From assembly GCF_032062105.1 (NCBI RefSeq), contig NW_026923116.1, positions 62,001-126,000 of the forward strand: a stretch of DNA of 64,000 nt, in the 5' to 3' direction. The position numbers and the translations under genes are program-made. The notes beneath the pieces were generated by a model that did no database searches, was not told the DNA's origin, and worked only from the letters and a program-made list of their open reading frames with translations. Source of the stretch: Saccostrea cucullata. Its lineage: Eukaryota. This document shows, piece by piece, positions 13,393 to 25,600 of the stretch (position 1 is its first letter; each line of letters starts with the position of its first letter).

Positions 13393-16300
13393 ATGGACTC
13401 TGACAGTGAAACCTCAATCGTTAGTGGAACAACAAAGCACAGTGGAAACAACTCCCCAGATCTGACATTCAGCTTGTAAGAAAACTTTGTGATCCCACTT
13501 TTTTTCCTCTTCAATATTAATTAATCATGAATAGATCTATATACCTTATTAACATGTTCTTTTTGAAAAAATATTATTATTTTGATTTTAACTTTCCAGT
13601 CTAAATATGACAGGAAACAGGGTTCCTGAAGAGGAAGTTGGTGCTTGCGGTGGTATGTAAAAAAATAAAAATATTTTTCAACATCTTCGCTAGCCAACTG
13701 GCAAGGGTTTCTCAATTCTGATATGCTGCTCTCCTCGTAAACCCAAGGGTTTATGAGGAGAGTACCGTATCAGAAACCTTTGGCTAGCGAAGATGATTTT
13801 TCAAATGAGGGCAAGTTTGTGATATTTTTAACCAGGAGACTGACACAAGTGAAAAAATTCTAAAATTAACCTGCAATGAGGGTCAGGCCTTCATCTTTCA
13901 CTTCAGTATCCTGCCATTCCCCTCCTCTCTTAATAAACCCTTGTAAGATAAAAACTTGCTGTCTTCAGCACTTGCATGTAGCACCACTTTTTAAAAAAAC
14001 CTAACTGAACATTCATAGTATTGATTTTTTTTATATTTACAGATGCCAATTCTCCTATAATTCCCATAGGAAGATCAAAATTTCGTAATGTAATTGAGGA
14101 CCCTGTGTACTGCAGTGTAAGTAAAAAGTAATTGTATAATTTATGCAATTCTGTTTCCTAGCCAAGCATTTACAGTCCCCTCTAATCCATTTAAAAGATG
14201 AGCAAAGATGTGACCAACCAAGAATCCATATCTTTTTTTACAAAACATTTTTTATTGCATAAATTTTATTGTCAATTATGTAAAACTTAGCCCTTGAAGA
14301 AGAAAAGGCTGGCCATACCTGATGAGGAATCAGACTCAGAATCATGCATTTCCCAGTCCATCCTTATAAACTACAGACAGAAGGCTTTTACACAAGCTAT
14401 AACATGTGAGGCTCAAGATGGGGAACCAGTTGATTGTCCAGTGTCACAGAATAAAACAGGAGGACATGACGATTCTAACTCTGTCAAGCATGTAATGTAC
14501 ATGTATACAATAAACTGCTAGGGATGACCAGATCAGACCAATTTTGATTTATAAATTGTTATAAATGTTGTATTTTTATATTTGTTATGTTCATATGTTT
14601 AAATATATATAGGAAATAAAAATTGATCACTTTATTCTCTAACCCATATATTACTGTAAGATGTGGTTGTAAACATAATAGTTTTCTTTAAGGTACGTGT
14701 CACTGTGAAAATTTTTATATTTGGTTTATATATGCTAAAAAAAAAATGACCCAGAGTTCTTCTGTTAGATAAAATACAAATATTTTGAATAGGAAACACA
14801 TAAAATTAATTTTAAAGTGTAATTTATTTGTAAATTTGTTAATATTTGATTACAATTTTTTTTAACCTTGGTAATAGGAATTTTTTTGTATTTCAGTTAG
14901 AAAATATGGATGTTTGTTCACACGATTCAGATGTAACCAGACTTAACTCTCCAAATAATACACAATTAGAACATGAAAATCAAAGGTATAAAAGTACTGT
15001 GACTACTATCATACATGAATTATAAAATGAACAGTCTCCACCCCTCACCCACCCAAAAAAGACTTTTGCAGATTTTCCTTAAAATATTTCACCTTTCAAT
15101 GGATGGCTCTTTATTTAGTGTATCTCGTTTTTTGTTTCTGTATTTCATATGAAGATATTTTTAGAGAGACAGAAAAGATAAGAGGGGGAGAACAGGACAG
15201 AACAAAACAGGGTGAAGATGAGACATGTGATATTCAGATTTCCCAGTATGGAGGATCACAGCTTTTGTTTCCTGATACCCAGAGTTCTACTAAAAGTTTG
15301 GGTACAGCAGCAAATTTTATTTTTTATCAAACACACTGTAGTTGATCCCAGATGTAAAATTAGATTTGGGAGGAGGGATCAATCTAGGGACCAAATAAAC
15401 TGTTTTGACTTTCTCTCTTCTCTTTCTTTGCATTTACTTTTGAAGCTTGGTTACGGTATACCTTTTAGGTATATGAAAGAGAAGTTTAAAATTTATAGAC
15501 ATGGATAATGATTTATATTAGGTCAAAATTGCAAGTTTCTTAATTTTACTCATAGGAGGATCACAGCTTTTGTTTCCTGATACCCAGAGTTCTACTAAAA
15601 GTTTGGGTACAGCAGCAAATTTTATTTTTTATCAAACACACTGTAGTTGATCCCAGATGTAAAATTAGATTTGGGAGGAGGGATCAATCTAGGGACCAAA
15701 TAAACTGTTTTGACTTTCTCTCTTCTCTTTCTTTGCATCTACTTTTGAAGCTTGGTTATACCTTTTAGGTATATGAAAGAGAAGTTTAATACCGGTATCT
15801 ATAGACATGGATAATGATTTATATTAGGTCAAAATTGCAAGTTTCTTAATTTTACTCATAGGAGTAATAATGGTTATATATGCAGCTATCAAAGGATTAA
15901 AAAAATTGTTTACATAATAAATATTTTACGCAGTTGAAATTTGTTTATGATTTTTATTTCAGAAAAGCAAGTAATCCAGTGTTCCCAGACATCAAGTGAC
16001 ATGTCAACAGCTTCCAGTAAGCTCAAGAATCTGGATAGCAACTTGGTAGGAATGTGCATTTTAATTTGTGTACAAAATTAAGATGAATTCAAAATGAATT
16101 AATAGATTGTATCTGATTTCTTTGCAATGTCGGGAAAAACACATCAATAAAACTTGTAAAAAAACTATTTTTATTGGTTTGTAATGTATGTGTTGCACTT
16201 TTAGAAGTTTAATAACAAATTAATTTCCTGTTTCAGACTAAAGAGCAAATGGTGGAGGCATTCCTGAAAATCAGAAAAATCCATACTCAAATCGAAAAGA

Positions 16301-19300
16301 ATGTTAAAGACAAAAACATTAATGAAGATCACAGAGGTATTAATCATTTTAAAAAGTTATTTCCAACAATTTAAAAAGAAATGTAGGAGGGTATATCAGA
16401 ATCACCTTGTCTCATGTCTGTCTGTCTGTAGACAAGATTTTGTCCATTATACCTTCTAGTAGACCTGGGAGTATTTTAGTTTTGATTAGTATTTATAGTT
16501 ATATATGATGACTACATGTATTAAATCACAGGAATTTTAAGAATTATGGCACCATCACTCTTGTACCTAAATAACATGAAATAGGTAGTTTGCAGCGGCT
16601 GCATTTCATTTCCGGAATTTTTAGCAATTATCATTTTTTCATTTCCGACATTTTTTTGTTTTCATTTCCAACATTTTTTTGTTTTCATTTCCGACATTTT
16701 TCAAATACATATGTAGTACTTATAGTAACAGATTTGATAACTTTACTTATGAAAAATTGAAAGGAATAAATCATAAATAAATCATTGAAATCCAATTTTG
16801 TAAATCTATCAGTTAATTTGACATTAGTATGGTGCTGTCACTGACATTTAATTTAGTGCACATAAAATGCGGTGAAAAAGTTTTATGCTCATTGGACACT
16901 TTTATCTAGACTTAGTGCTACATGTATGTATATATGTATAGATTTTTTTTATTATCTTTTATTAATACATGTATTTTGGTAAATACTTTTAAAATTCCAT
17001 TTTCTTTGACTTAGAAAACATTGAATTGCTGCACAGGTAAATTCCGGAAATGAAAAAAAAATTATGTCGGAAATGAAAACAAAAAATGTCGGAAATGAAA
17101 TTAAAAAATGTCGGAAATGCTATGCATATTTCCGGAAATGAAATGCAGCGTTTGCAGCATTTCAGTAGTTATAAATAAACAATTACCAAGGAGGGTTTTT
17201 TTAATATAAAAAAGAAATTGCATATTTACAAACTTATTGCAAAAAGTTATGGACCAGTTATGAAAATTATAACCAGCCATGATCTTTCTGAACCATCATC
17301 ATCCCTTTTAACAGAAGTAACTATTCATCCGTATGCTTTATTTCCAGAGATATTTGAATGACTTTCATCATAATGGTCATTAATTTTTTAGAAAGCTTTG
17401 AGAAAAAGTTAGCTGTAGTGCACAAGTCCTTGAAGAACATCAGTGAGAAAATGAGTTATGAAAAGGTCAAAATAACATTTGATGTGAAGCATTCGGTGAA
17501 AACCATAGAATCCAGAAACAAACTCCGAGAACAGATGAAGGATCTAACACAGAGGCAGAGTACCTTAAAGGAGTTGTTAGTGAAGCAAGCCGAGTTGACA
17601 AAACACTTAAAGCTAAACCCAGGCAATCTAACAGAAGGCCTGTCTCAGGAACTGAAAACAAAGGATAAGTCTAAAGCTTTTTCAAGTAAAGTTAATGACT
17701 GGATGAACAAAAAACAGGTTCCAAAGAGGAGAAATTCTCTAAAAGAATCTTCCAGTGTCCCTAAAACCAGTTCAGCAGTTGAAGAGTGCTCCAGTGGTGT
17801 GAAGGCAGTTTGGACAGTACCAAGAGAGAGGTCTGAAACAAAAAATACAGGAAATACTCAGGTATAAAAGAGCTTTCTTATTATTCAGCTTCTCGAGTTG
17901 TCTCCCTTTAAATGTGTTTTATTTTTTTCCTTGTCAAATTCACTGGCTCACATGAGAGAGAGAGAGAAATTATAAAGCCAGTTGTAGTTGGAATAGTATA
18001 AATGAATATTTGCCTTTAGTATGTATTTGCTGAATATTACTGACAGACTTTTGACTTTAAAGGTCACAATTTAAATTTAAGACTGCAGATTTGATTTTTT
18101 TAGGTTACTCAACCTAAGATAATACCAGCAGTACCACAGAATGCTAATATCCAGGAAAAGACTTCAAATGTGAAGCAACCAGTAGTTTCCAGAAATAAAG
18201 TCCAAGTCCATAGAACCCAGCCGCCGTCAGGTGTAAATCCTCCAACAGTCATTTATTTGTATCCCCAACTCCCAAACAGCAGTCTTTTATCCAACAAAGG
18301 AAAAACAAATACAGGAATAATGTCACAAACACAAAACACAGTGACAGTTCCTACTCCTCTATTCTCTCCAAGTAGTACAAGGAATTCAGCTCAAATGAAG
18401 ACTTCATCCCAAACGTTTCGGAGACCATCAGAAATCATAAAATCACCACCTCTATTCAACCCAGACTCTTTTCTAAAAAAAACTCTGAAATCTCCCCCAG
18501 TTCAGCCTAAAAATAAATCCTCCTTCAAGTCGCCTCCCATTTCTCTCCTGAGGTCTGTGGAGGATAAGAACATCTCCCCCAGCACTGTGTGTTCCAGTGA
18601 CGTGTTTCCTGTGTCTTGTAGAGAGCTCGGTCGGAGGATACAGGAAAGGATCGCAAGTCAAAGAGAGGCTGAATCCCAAAGAGAGGCTGAATCTCAACAA
18701 GTCTCCCAAATGTCTGCCACTTCAGAAGGAAGGAGAAGTGGAGATGTGATTTCTGAAGGGAAAGATTTGGATGGAGGGTATAGACAAGAAACTCAAAGGA
18801 AAGCTGTTTTAGTCAAAAACCAAGCACAGGCTGACTCAGGAGCCAAATCAAATGCTGCAAACATATGTATAACCTTGGTAAATGATCTTATAACTTTTCA
18901 CAATGCTTTGGGTTTTCTTTCATTTTGAATATTATCCATACTGTTAGAATAAAATTCTCAAATCATTTTAGGAAGAAGGTGACAGTGAGTCAAGATATGA
19001 AAAGTTTGGTGGCCTAAAATTTCCTTCTCTAAAATCTCTGATAGATTTAGCCATACTGTTCCCTGCAGAGGATATTCTGACTGTTCAGCATTCGGGGAGA
19101 GTCTTCACAGCATCCCTAACTAATCAGGGTTACATTGAGAGCAGGGGTGGGGAGATCTTCACCACTCCAATGAGATGGCTCAGTGCTGTGAAGGCAGGGG
19201 AGATAATAAAGAAAGCACAAGCATACAGAGAGGTAAATACAATATAGACAACCATTTCCACATGTACATACATGCATTAAAATTAAGTAAAGTTAAACCT

Positions 19301-20499
19301 CAGTATCTTGAATACCAATCTTTCAAATACCTTCGCTGGATATGTCCAAGTGATTTGGATGTATATGTACCAACCACTTGTTTTAATAAGTATTGAACAA
19401 TCAATACATTGTATCTTGATTCCTTGGATATGTTTTTTCTTGATCCCATCAAGAAGGTTAGAAAATATACAGCAAAACTCGTTTAGTATGAACACGGATA
19501 TAGTGAATTCACGGATATAGTGAAGTTTTTTTTTGGATCCCCAGCTTTAAAAATTTAACCAATTCCTTGGGCCATGCAAAGTTAATTACTTGGTTCTCAG
19601 GCCTTTTTTCAAGAAATATGATGAGGGAGGGAGGCATTTTTTTTTCTTTTTTATTGCCCCCAAAACATGATGAGGCAGCTTTTTACATTGTACAAAACCT
19701 CAAAAAATGATGAGGGAGGTGATTTGGTGTTTATATTTTATTGATTTAGCAATAAAAAGGGTCAATGAGGTACCCTTGGAAGAGACGAGGGAGGGCCTGA
19801 GAACCAAGAAATTAATTTTTTTTGCCTTATATGAGTATAACCAATTACGGATACATCGAAGTAATTTCATTGGTCCCAGTGAATTTGTTATAGCCAAGTT
19901 TTACTGTATACAAAATTGTTCTACTTTCAGGTTATGTATGATGGTCATTCACTCAAAAGTTATGTAGAGGGAGAACAGAAGACTTCCCTACAAAATATCC
20001 AAGGTACAAAAAACTGTTACAGCAAAGTAAATCTGTTATTTTACTTATTGGTATGATATTCTAAAAAATTCTCTCCAAATGTTCTTTTTAGCAAAAGCAA
20101 AATCTAACAACAACAAAAGCAATGAGATTGAAGTTCATCAGGAAATGGGCAATTTAGAGACTGAGAGGTGAGCTCAGCTACTTGTTTTACTAATGATGAG
20201 ATGCCTGGGGAAAATTTCTAAAAGTACATTTACAAAGTTGGTTCACATTAGAGAGTTCATGTGTATTTAAAAAAGAACATTTTATTTTTTTAAGGCTCAT
20301 GACTGATGAAGACCAACAGCTAGCTGATTTGCTTTTTCAATGTAAGATTCATTTGCTGGATGATTCAGACTTAGTTCCAATGGATGATCTTCCTGAGAAT
20401 TTCTGGTGCAGTGATTTCAGTAGCGTTCACCTGTCTCGTAAATTCTGGAGTCAAGTTAATGATTGGGATGATTTAGTGCAACCTGCGTCACAATATTAA
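13393..20499 (+). CDS. ANKRD31-like protein with coiled coil, RAMA domain and conserved C-terminal motif; no ankyrin repeats seen. Exons 13393-13475, 13600-13652, 14043-14116, 14291-14491, 14897-14985, 15165-15301, 15963-16045, 16237-16336, 17392-17861, 18104-18877, 18972-19232, 19931-20003, 20092-20167, 20295-20499
   Basis: Exons join in frame. RAMA-like segment SLKSLIDLAILFPAEDILTVQHSGRVFTASLTNQGYIESRGGEIFTTPMRWL..AYREVMYDGHSLKSYV. Coiled coil LREQMKDLTQRQSTL, N-terminus MDSDSETSIVSG..SPDLTFSF and C-terminus LFQCKIHLLDDSDLVPMDDLPENFW each resemble recalled ANKRD31 conserved blocks. Confidence 0.75.
13682..13795. mobile_element. 114-bp hairpin MITE with 9-bp TSD
   Basis: TIR CATCTTCGCTAGCCAA...TTGGCTAGCGAAGATG; TSD ATTTTTCAA on both sides. 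Confidence 0.85.
15250..15864 (+). repeat. Tandem duplication (2 x ~305 bp) spanning an exon 3' end, donor site and intron
   Basis: 15250-15554 is nearly identical to 15555-15860, differing by small indels; GGAG microhomology at the junctions. Confidence 0.95.
16597..17149. mobile_element. Mutator-like MITE
   Basis: TIR GCTGCATTTCATTTCCGGAA...TTCCGGAAATGAAATGCAGC; subterminal repeats TTTCATTTCCGACATTTTT; 9-bp TSD GTTTGCAGC at 16588-16596 and 17150-17158. Confidence 0.8.
19469..19906. mobile_element. Tigger-like MITE with a nested inverted-repeat element (~19566-19825)
   Basis: TA|CAGCAAAACT...AGTTTTACTG|TA. The internal pair TTAATTACTTGGTTCTCAGGCC / GGCCTGAGAACCAAGAAATTAA is an inverted repeat. 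A truncated relative of the outer element lies at ~42455-42530. Confidence 0.6.
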
Positions 20500-20738
20500 G
20501 CAAGTTCTCAATCTATAACATACACAAATTTATTAATTAAAATACAATTTATTTTTGTACATAAATATCACAGAAGGAAATTGAAAGACAATGGTAATTT
20601 CTACGAACGGTAATTTTTGGTGCTAAAATCTATGATCTTGAAGAATTAACACAAAACAGTTGTTTGAAAAACAATAAATTAAAAATATTAAATGCACCTA
20701 GTTCATTATTTGTCTCATATAATTGTTTATAAATGCCC

Positions 20739-22215
20739 TCATATTTTGTCGTATGGATTCACTAAGGCCATGTTGTAGCTGGAAGCACTCGGTTCATCAT
20801 AGGTAGATAGGCAGATGTCAGGTACTCCCTCTGTCAGCTGGTCCCTGGAGAAATCGTACACCTGTATCCCTCCCCTGTATCTACAACACAGAAATATATA
20901 TGTAGTAACCATTTTGTTCTTCTTTAAAATTGTATTCAATTAATGATTATTTATCCTTTTATTAATAATTACTTTCTATGGGTGATGTTCTCATATTCAT
21001 CAACAACAGGGAATTTTGAAGATGGTACATTTCCAACTATTAGCTTGTCTTCTGAAAATTTACAGTGTCTAACAGGGTGTCTGCAAAACAAAAATACAGG
21101 TATACATACAGTGTTCTATTTAACATGTAATCAACTTCCCTGATTTTATTTTTGAGGTAAAAAAAACCAACTTTGATCAGTTTTGATAATTTGACTCAAT
21201 ATTGCATTTACTTCAATTCACAAAAGAAAATGGGTCAATTTTTACAACAAGAGGCCCAAGGGCCACAGCACTCACCTGAGCATATCGGGCTTGAATTTAC
21301 TCCCCCACCCCCCCTCCAGGCGTTCATCATTTGAACAAACTAGAATCTACACTACCTGACGATGATTCCATATAAATATCACTAATCATAGCTTTGAAGT
21401 ACTTGAAAAGAAGATTTTAAAAGGTTTCCCTATATATCCCTATGTAAAACTTGGGTCGGCAATTTTGGCCCCACCCTAGCCCCGGGGGTAATGATTTGAA
21501 CAAACTTGAATCTACACTACCTGAGGATGATTCCACATGAGTTTCATCTTTCCTGGCCCAGTAGTTCTTGAGAAGGATTTTTAAAGATATTTCCTATATA
21601 TTCCTATGTAAAACTTGGGTCGGCCATTTTGGCCCCACCCTTGCCCCGGGGGTCATGATTCGAACAAACTTGAATCTACACTACCTGAGGATGATTCCAC
21701 ATGAGTTTCATCTTTCTTGTCCTAGTGGTTCTTGAGGAGAAGATTTTTAAAGTTTTTTCCTATATATTCCTATGTAAAACTTGGGTCGGCCATTTTGGCC
21801 CCACCCTTGCCCCGGGGGTCATGATTTGAACAAACTTGAATCTACACTACCTGAGGATGATTCCACATGAGTTTCATCTTTCCTGTCCTAGTGGTTCTTG
21901 AGGAGAAGATTTTTAAAGTTTTTTCCTATATATTCCTATGTAAAACTAGGGTCGGCCATTTTGGCCCCACCCTTGCCCCGGGGGTCATGATTTGAACAAA
22001 CTTGAATCTACACTACCTGAGGATGATTCCACATGAGTTTCATCTTTCCTGGCCCAATGGTACTTGAGAAGAAGATTTTTAAAGATTTTTCCTATATATT
22101 CCTATGTAAAACTTTGGTCGGCCATTTTGGCCCCACCCTTGCCCCGGGGGTCATGATTTGAACAAACTTGAATCTACACTACCTGAGGATGCTTCCACAT
22201 GAGTTTCATCTTTCC

Positions 22216-22249
<34 letters not shown>

Positions 22250-22444
22250 GATTTTTCCTATATATTCCTATGTAAAACTTTGATCGGCCATTTTGGGCCC
22301 ACCCTTGCCCCGGAGGTCATGATTTGAACAAACTTGAATCTACACTACCTGAGGATGATTCCACATGAGTTTCATCTTTCTTGGCCCAGCGGTTCTGGAG
22401 GAGAAGATTTTTTAAAAATGCCATTAATTTTTTACTAATTCATG

Positions 22445-22503
<59 letters not shown>

Positions 22504-22522
22504 TCCAAGGATACTTTGTGTA

Positions 22523-22584
<62 letters not shown>

Positions 22585-22624
22585 ACGACGACAACGACGA
22601 CGACAACAACGACAGACAACGGAC

Positions 22625-22656
<32 letters not shown>

Positions 22657-25600
22657 TGGCTCAGGTGAGCTAAAAACTCTTACAATATATAATTTGAAAA
22701 TTAAAATTTTGTAGACTAGTATAATCTTAATACAGATACTGTGTTTATTCTAATGATAGAAAGTCTTTCTATTTACCATGTGAACTGTTTATAATACCTG
22801 CTGTGAATTTCCCAAAGTTTACGAGCCATGCGGAGGTCCCACACATAAACAAACCCCCCGAATCCTCCCGACACCACCTTCCAGTCGTCCATCTGTACTG
22901 AAGTGACCTCGTACATGTGACCCGTGAAGGAAGCTACAGGATTACTGGTTCTGATGTCATAAACTCGCACCCTGAAATTATCAACATACATGTAATTCAT
23001 GAGCAATCAAACTCAAGTTATTTTCAAAATGGAACAAGTGCAATTTCAGATTTATTGATATAAGTACCATTGATTATAAGTTTGTCAATTTTTAAAAAAT
23101 GGTTTTTATTTATGAATAAACAAAAATATGAAATAATTCAAGTATACAGCATTCAGATTTTGGAAACGTTGTTTGCCTCAAAGCAAGATTACCATTTCCC
23201 AAATTATTTTTTTGGATCTGATAAACACAATCATCAATCTTCGAACCTGATACTTCATGATAACACTGAATTGTTTATACACAATATATTGTACCTTCTA
23301 TCTACGCTTCCAGTCACTATTTGATTGAGGGGACTGTTTCGTAAATTCATACACGATATTTCTCTGGTGTGTCCATACAAATCCTGTATCTCCCTCTTTG
23401 AATGAATGTCATACATCTTTACCTGGAAAAATAAGTTTGTGAAAAATTATTCATAAATATGTTATAAGAAATTTCCAAATATATTGTGACCTTTTTTTTC
23501 TCTCATGACCTTGACCTTAAAGTATGATGTTGTTTACAAACAAGGCCAACTATTGCACCAAAAAAAATTTTAAAAAATATAAAACACTTTTTTTGTGTAT
23601 GACAGATAGACAGGACAATCACAATATGTCATAAATCACTATACCCCAATCAATTAGAATTACTAAAAGGGACCACAATTCTCAAAAATTTGCTTGATAA
23701 CCCAAACCATACCTTCTGCTTCAGAGCAACTGCTAGAATATTACTTTCCTCAGATACATCAATGGCTGATATGTTCTGATCTATAATGTTATGTATCTCC
23801 GTACACTGGTGGTCTGGAGTCTCCATATTGTATAAAGAGACTTTAAACCATGTGGATACAGCAACATGTGGAGAGGCTGCTGATGGCTCAAACAGCTCAA
23901 TATGCTGGACCTACAAGTAGGAGGAAAATGTCAACGAGATAAACATAGAAAAATAAATTCTGAGCATTTAAAAAAAAATAAACAAAGAAATAGGTTTCCC
24001 ATGGCCCATTCATTTTATTTTTCATGGAAGAAAGATGAATGAATGCTAGTCCTGATCTTTGCATATTTTGATGACCATAGGAGGAAATACTGGGAGAATT
24101 TGATTTTTCACCCTCATAGCATTCAATGTCTTATCTTTCCACAAATTTTGCACAGGAAGGTCATCTTGATTTAGACCCATGTCAAATGCAGATCCCCCCC
24201 CCCCCCCTCAAAGCATATTTTACATATCCTTTTTTGTCAATAGTATTCTTACCCACTGTTGAACGTCTATTTGTTGTGTCTGGAATGAACCAGATTTCCT
24301 TTGGTGCATATGAACAAATGGCCCAGCAGCTGTTACCATGGTGTCTGACAGGTTTGATAAACACAGATGAGATATTTTTTTGGAATGGCTGTCAACAAAT
24401 GTATAACAGGGCTGTGTCTGATTTCCCTGGAGTTGCCAAGCATCAACATTTCCTGGAGGTAAAAAAGAAAATGATTTTGTGATTGAAATTATTTACGGTA
24501 ACATATACTGTACATGTACTCAATATAGATATTCATTAAAGTGATAACTGCTGCTAAAGCTGTATTCGCAATATATTTTCATGTATGTGAAGCTGATCAA
24601 AATACCACAAAAATCTTTCAAATACCTGAAATTAGCTAAAGCAAACCTTGTTGAAAGACAGCAGCTATCATATTTTTGGACGTGGCGACCTGGTTGACAA
24701 AGTTTGTAATGGTGCCTTCCTCTTCCTCCTCGTTTATAATGAGAGATGTGTTAGAAGGCTGCAGTATGAAGTCTTCTTCATTTTCTAGATCCCATACCTT
24801 GATATCTCCTTTTGTATACCTGAACAAAAGTAAAGAGATCAGCAAAATACAAATATTATCTGAAATGATAAAACTATCCTACTTTATCTGGTGCATCATA
24901 TGACATAGCTTGAATAACTTTTTGCATCATATGACAGTGCTTGAAAGTCTCAAACTTAAGCTATGGCTGACTATTACTATTTGACCACTTTCCTTCTTCT
25001 CAAATAAATGAATGAAAAAGTGAGCAAACTCACATACCCTATGCTCCCCCAAAACTCGAAATGCAGAAATTCCCAGTTAAGAACGTTAGATCCTTATTTT
25101 TAAAATTCTGCATCATTTTTAAGTTCTAACATTAAATCTGAATTCTACAGCGCAAATTTAACTATATTCAATGAAAAAACAGCTATTAAATTCCATTCAA
25201 TTAGAATTAAGCTAGGTACTATATTTTGTGGCGAAAGGATTTTTAGACGAAAATGATCAGCTTTTCGATTTTGAACTTTAACAGTACTGTTAATTTTGGA
25301 TTCCTATTTTTCCATCCTGGTTGCACAAAAAGCTGTTTTTTGCAATTAAATGTGTTATGCTGGTTCTGAAATATCTATTAAATTATTTCTTATGAATTCT
25401 ATCAACAAAGTGTGACAAATATAGTAAATATATTTTGAAAATCCGGGAAAAAAATTGAGCCAATTTTAACGTAAAATTGACACTTTTTTTAGTAATATCT
25501 GAAAAATTACATCCCCCGCTTTTGATGTTCTTTTCTAAATATTCAAGATAAATTTGGCCTATTTGCTTAAAATCAGAAAAAGTTTAAGACTTTAAAATAA

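Noticed and set aside
22381-22566. Similar small ORFs here and at 36056-36250 suggesting a gene family
   Set aside because: Both lie in the conserved 3' part of the HINE elements and have no coding signal.
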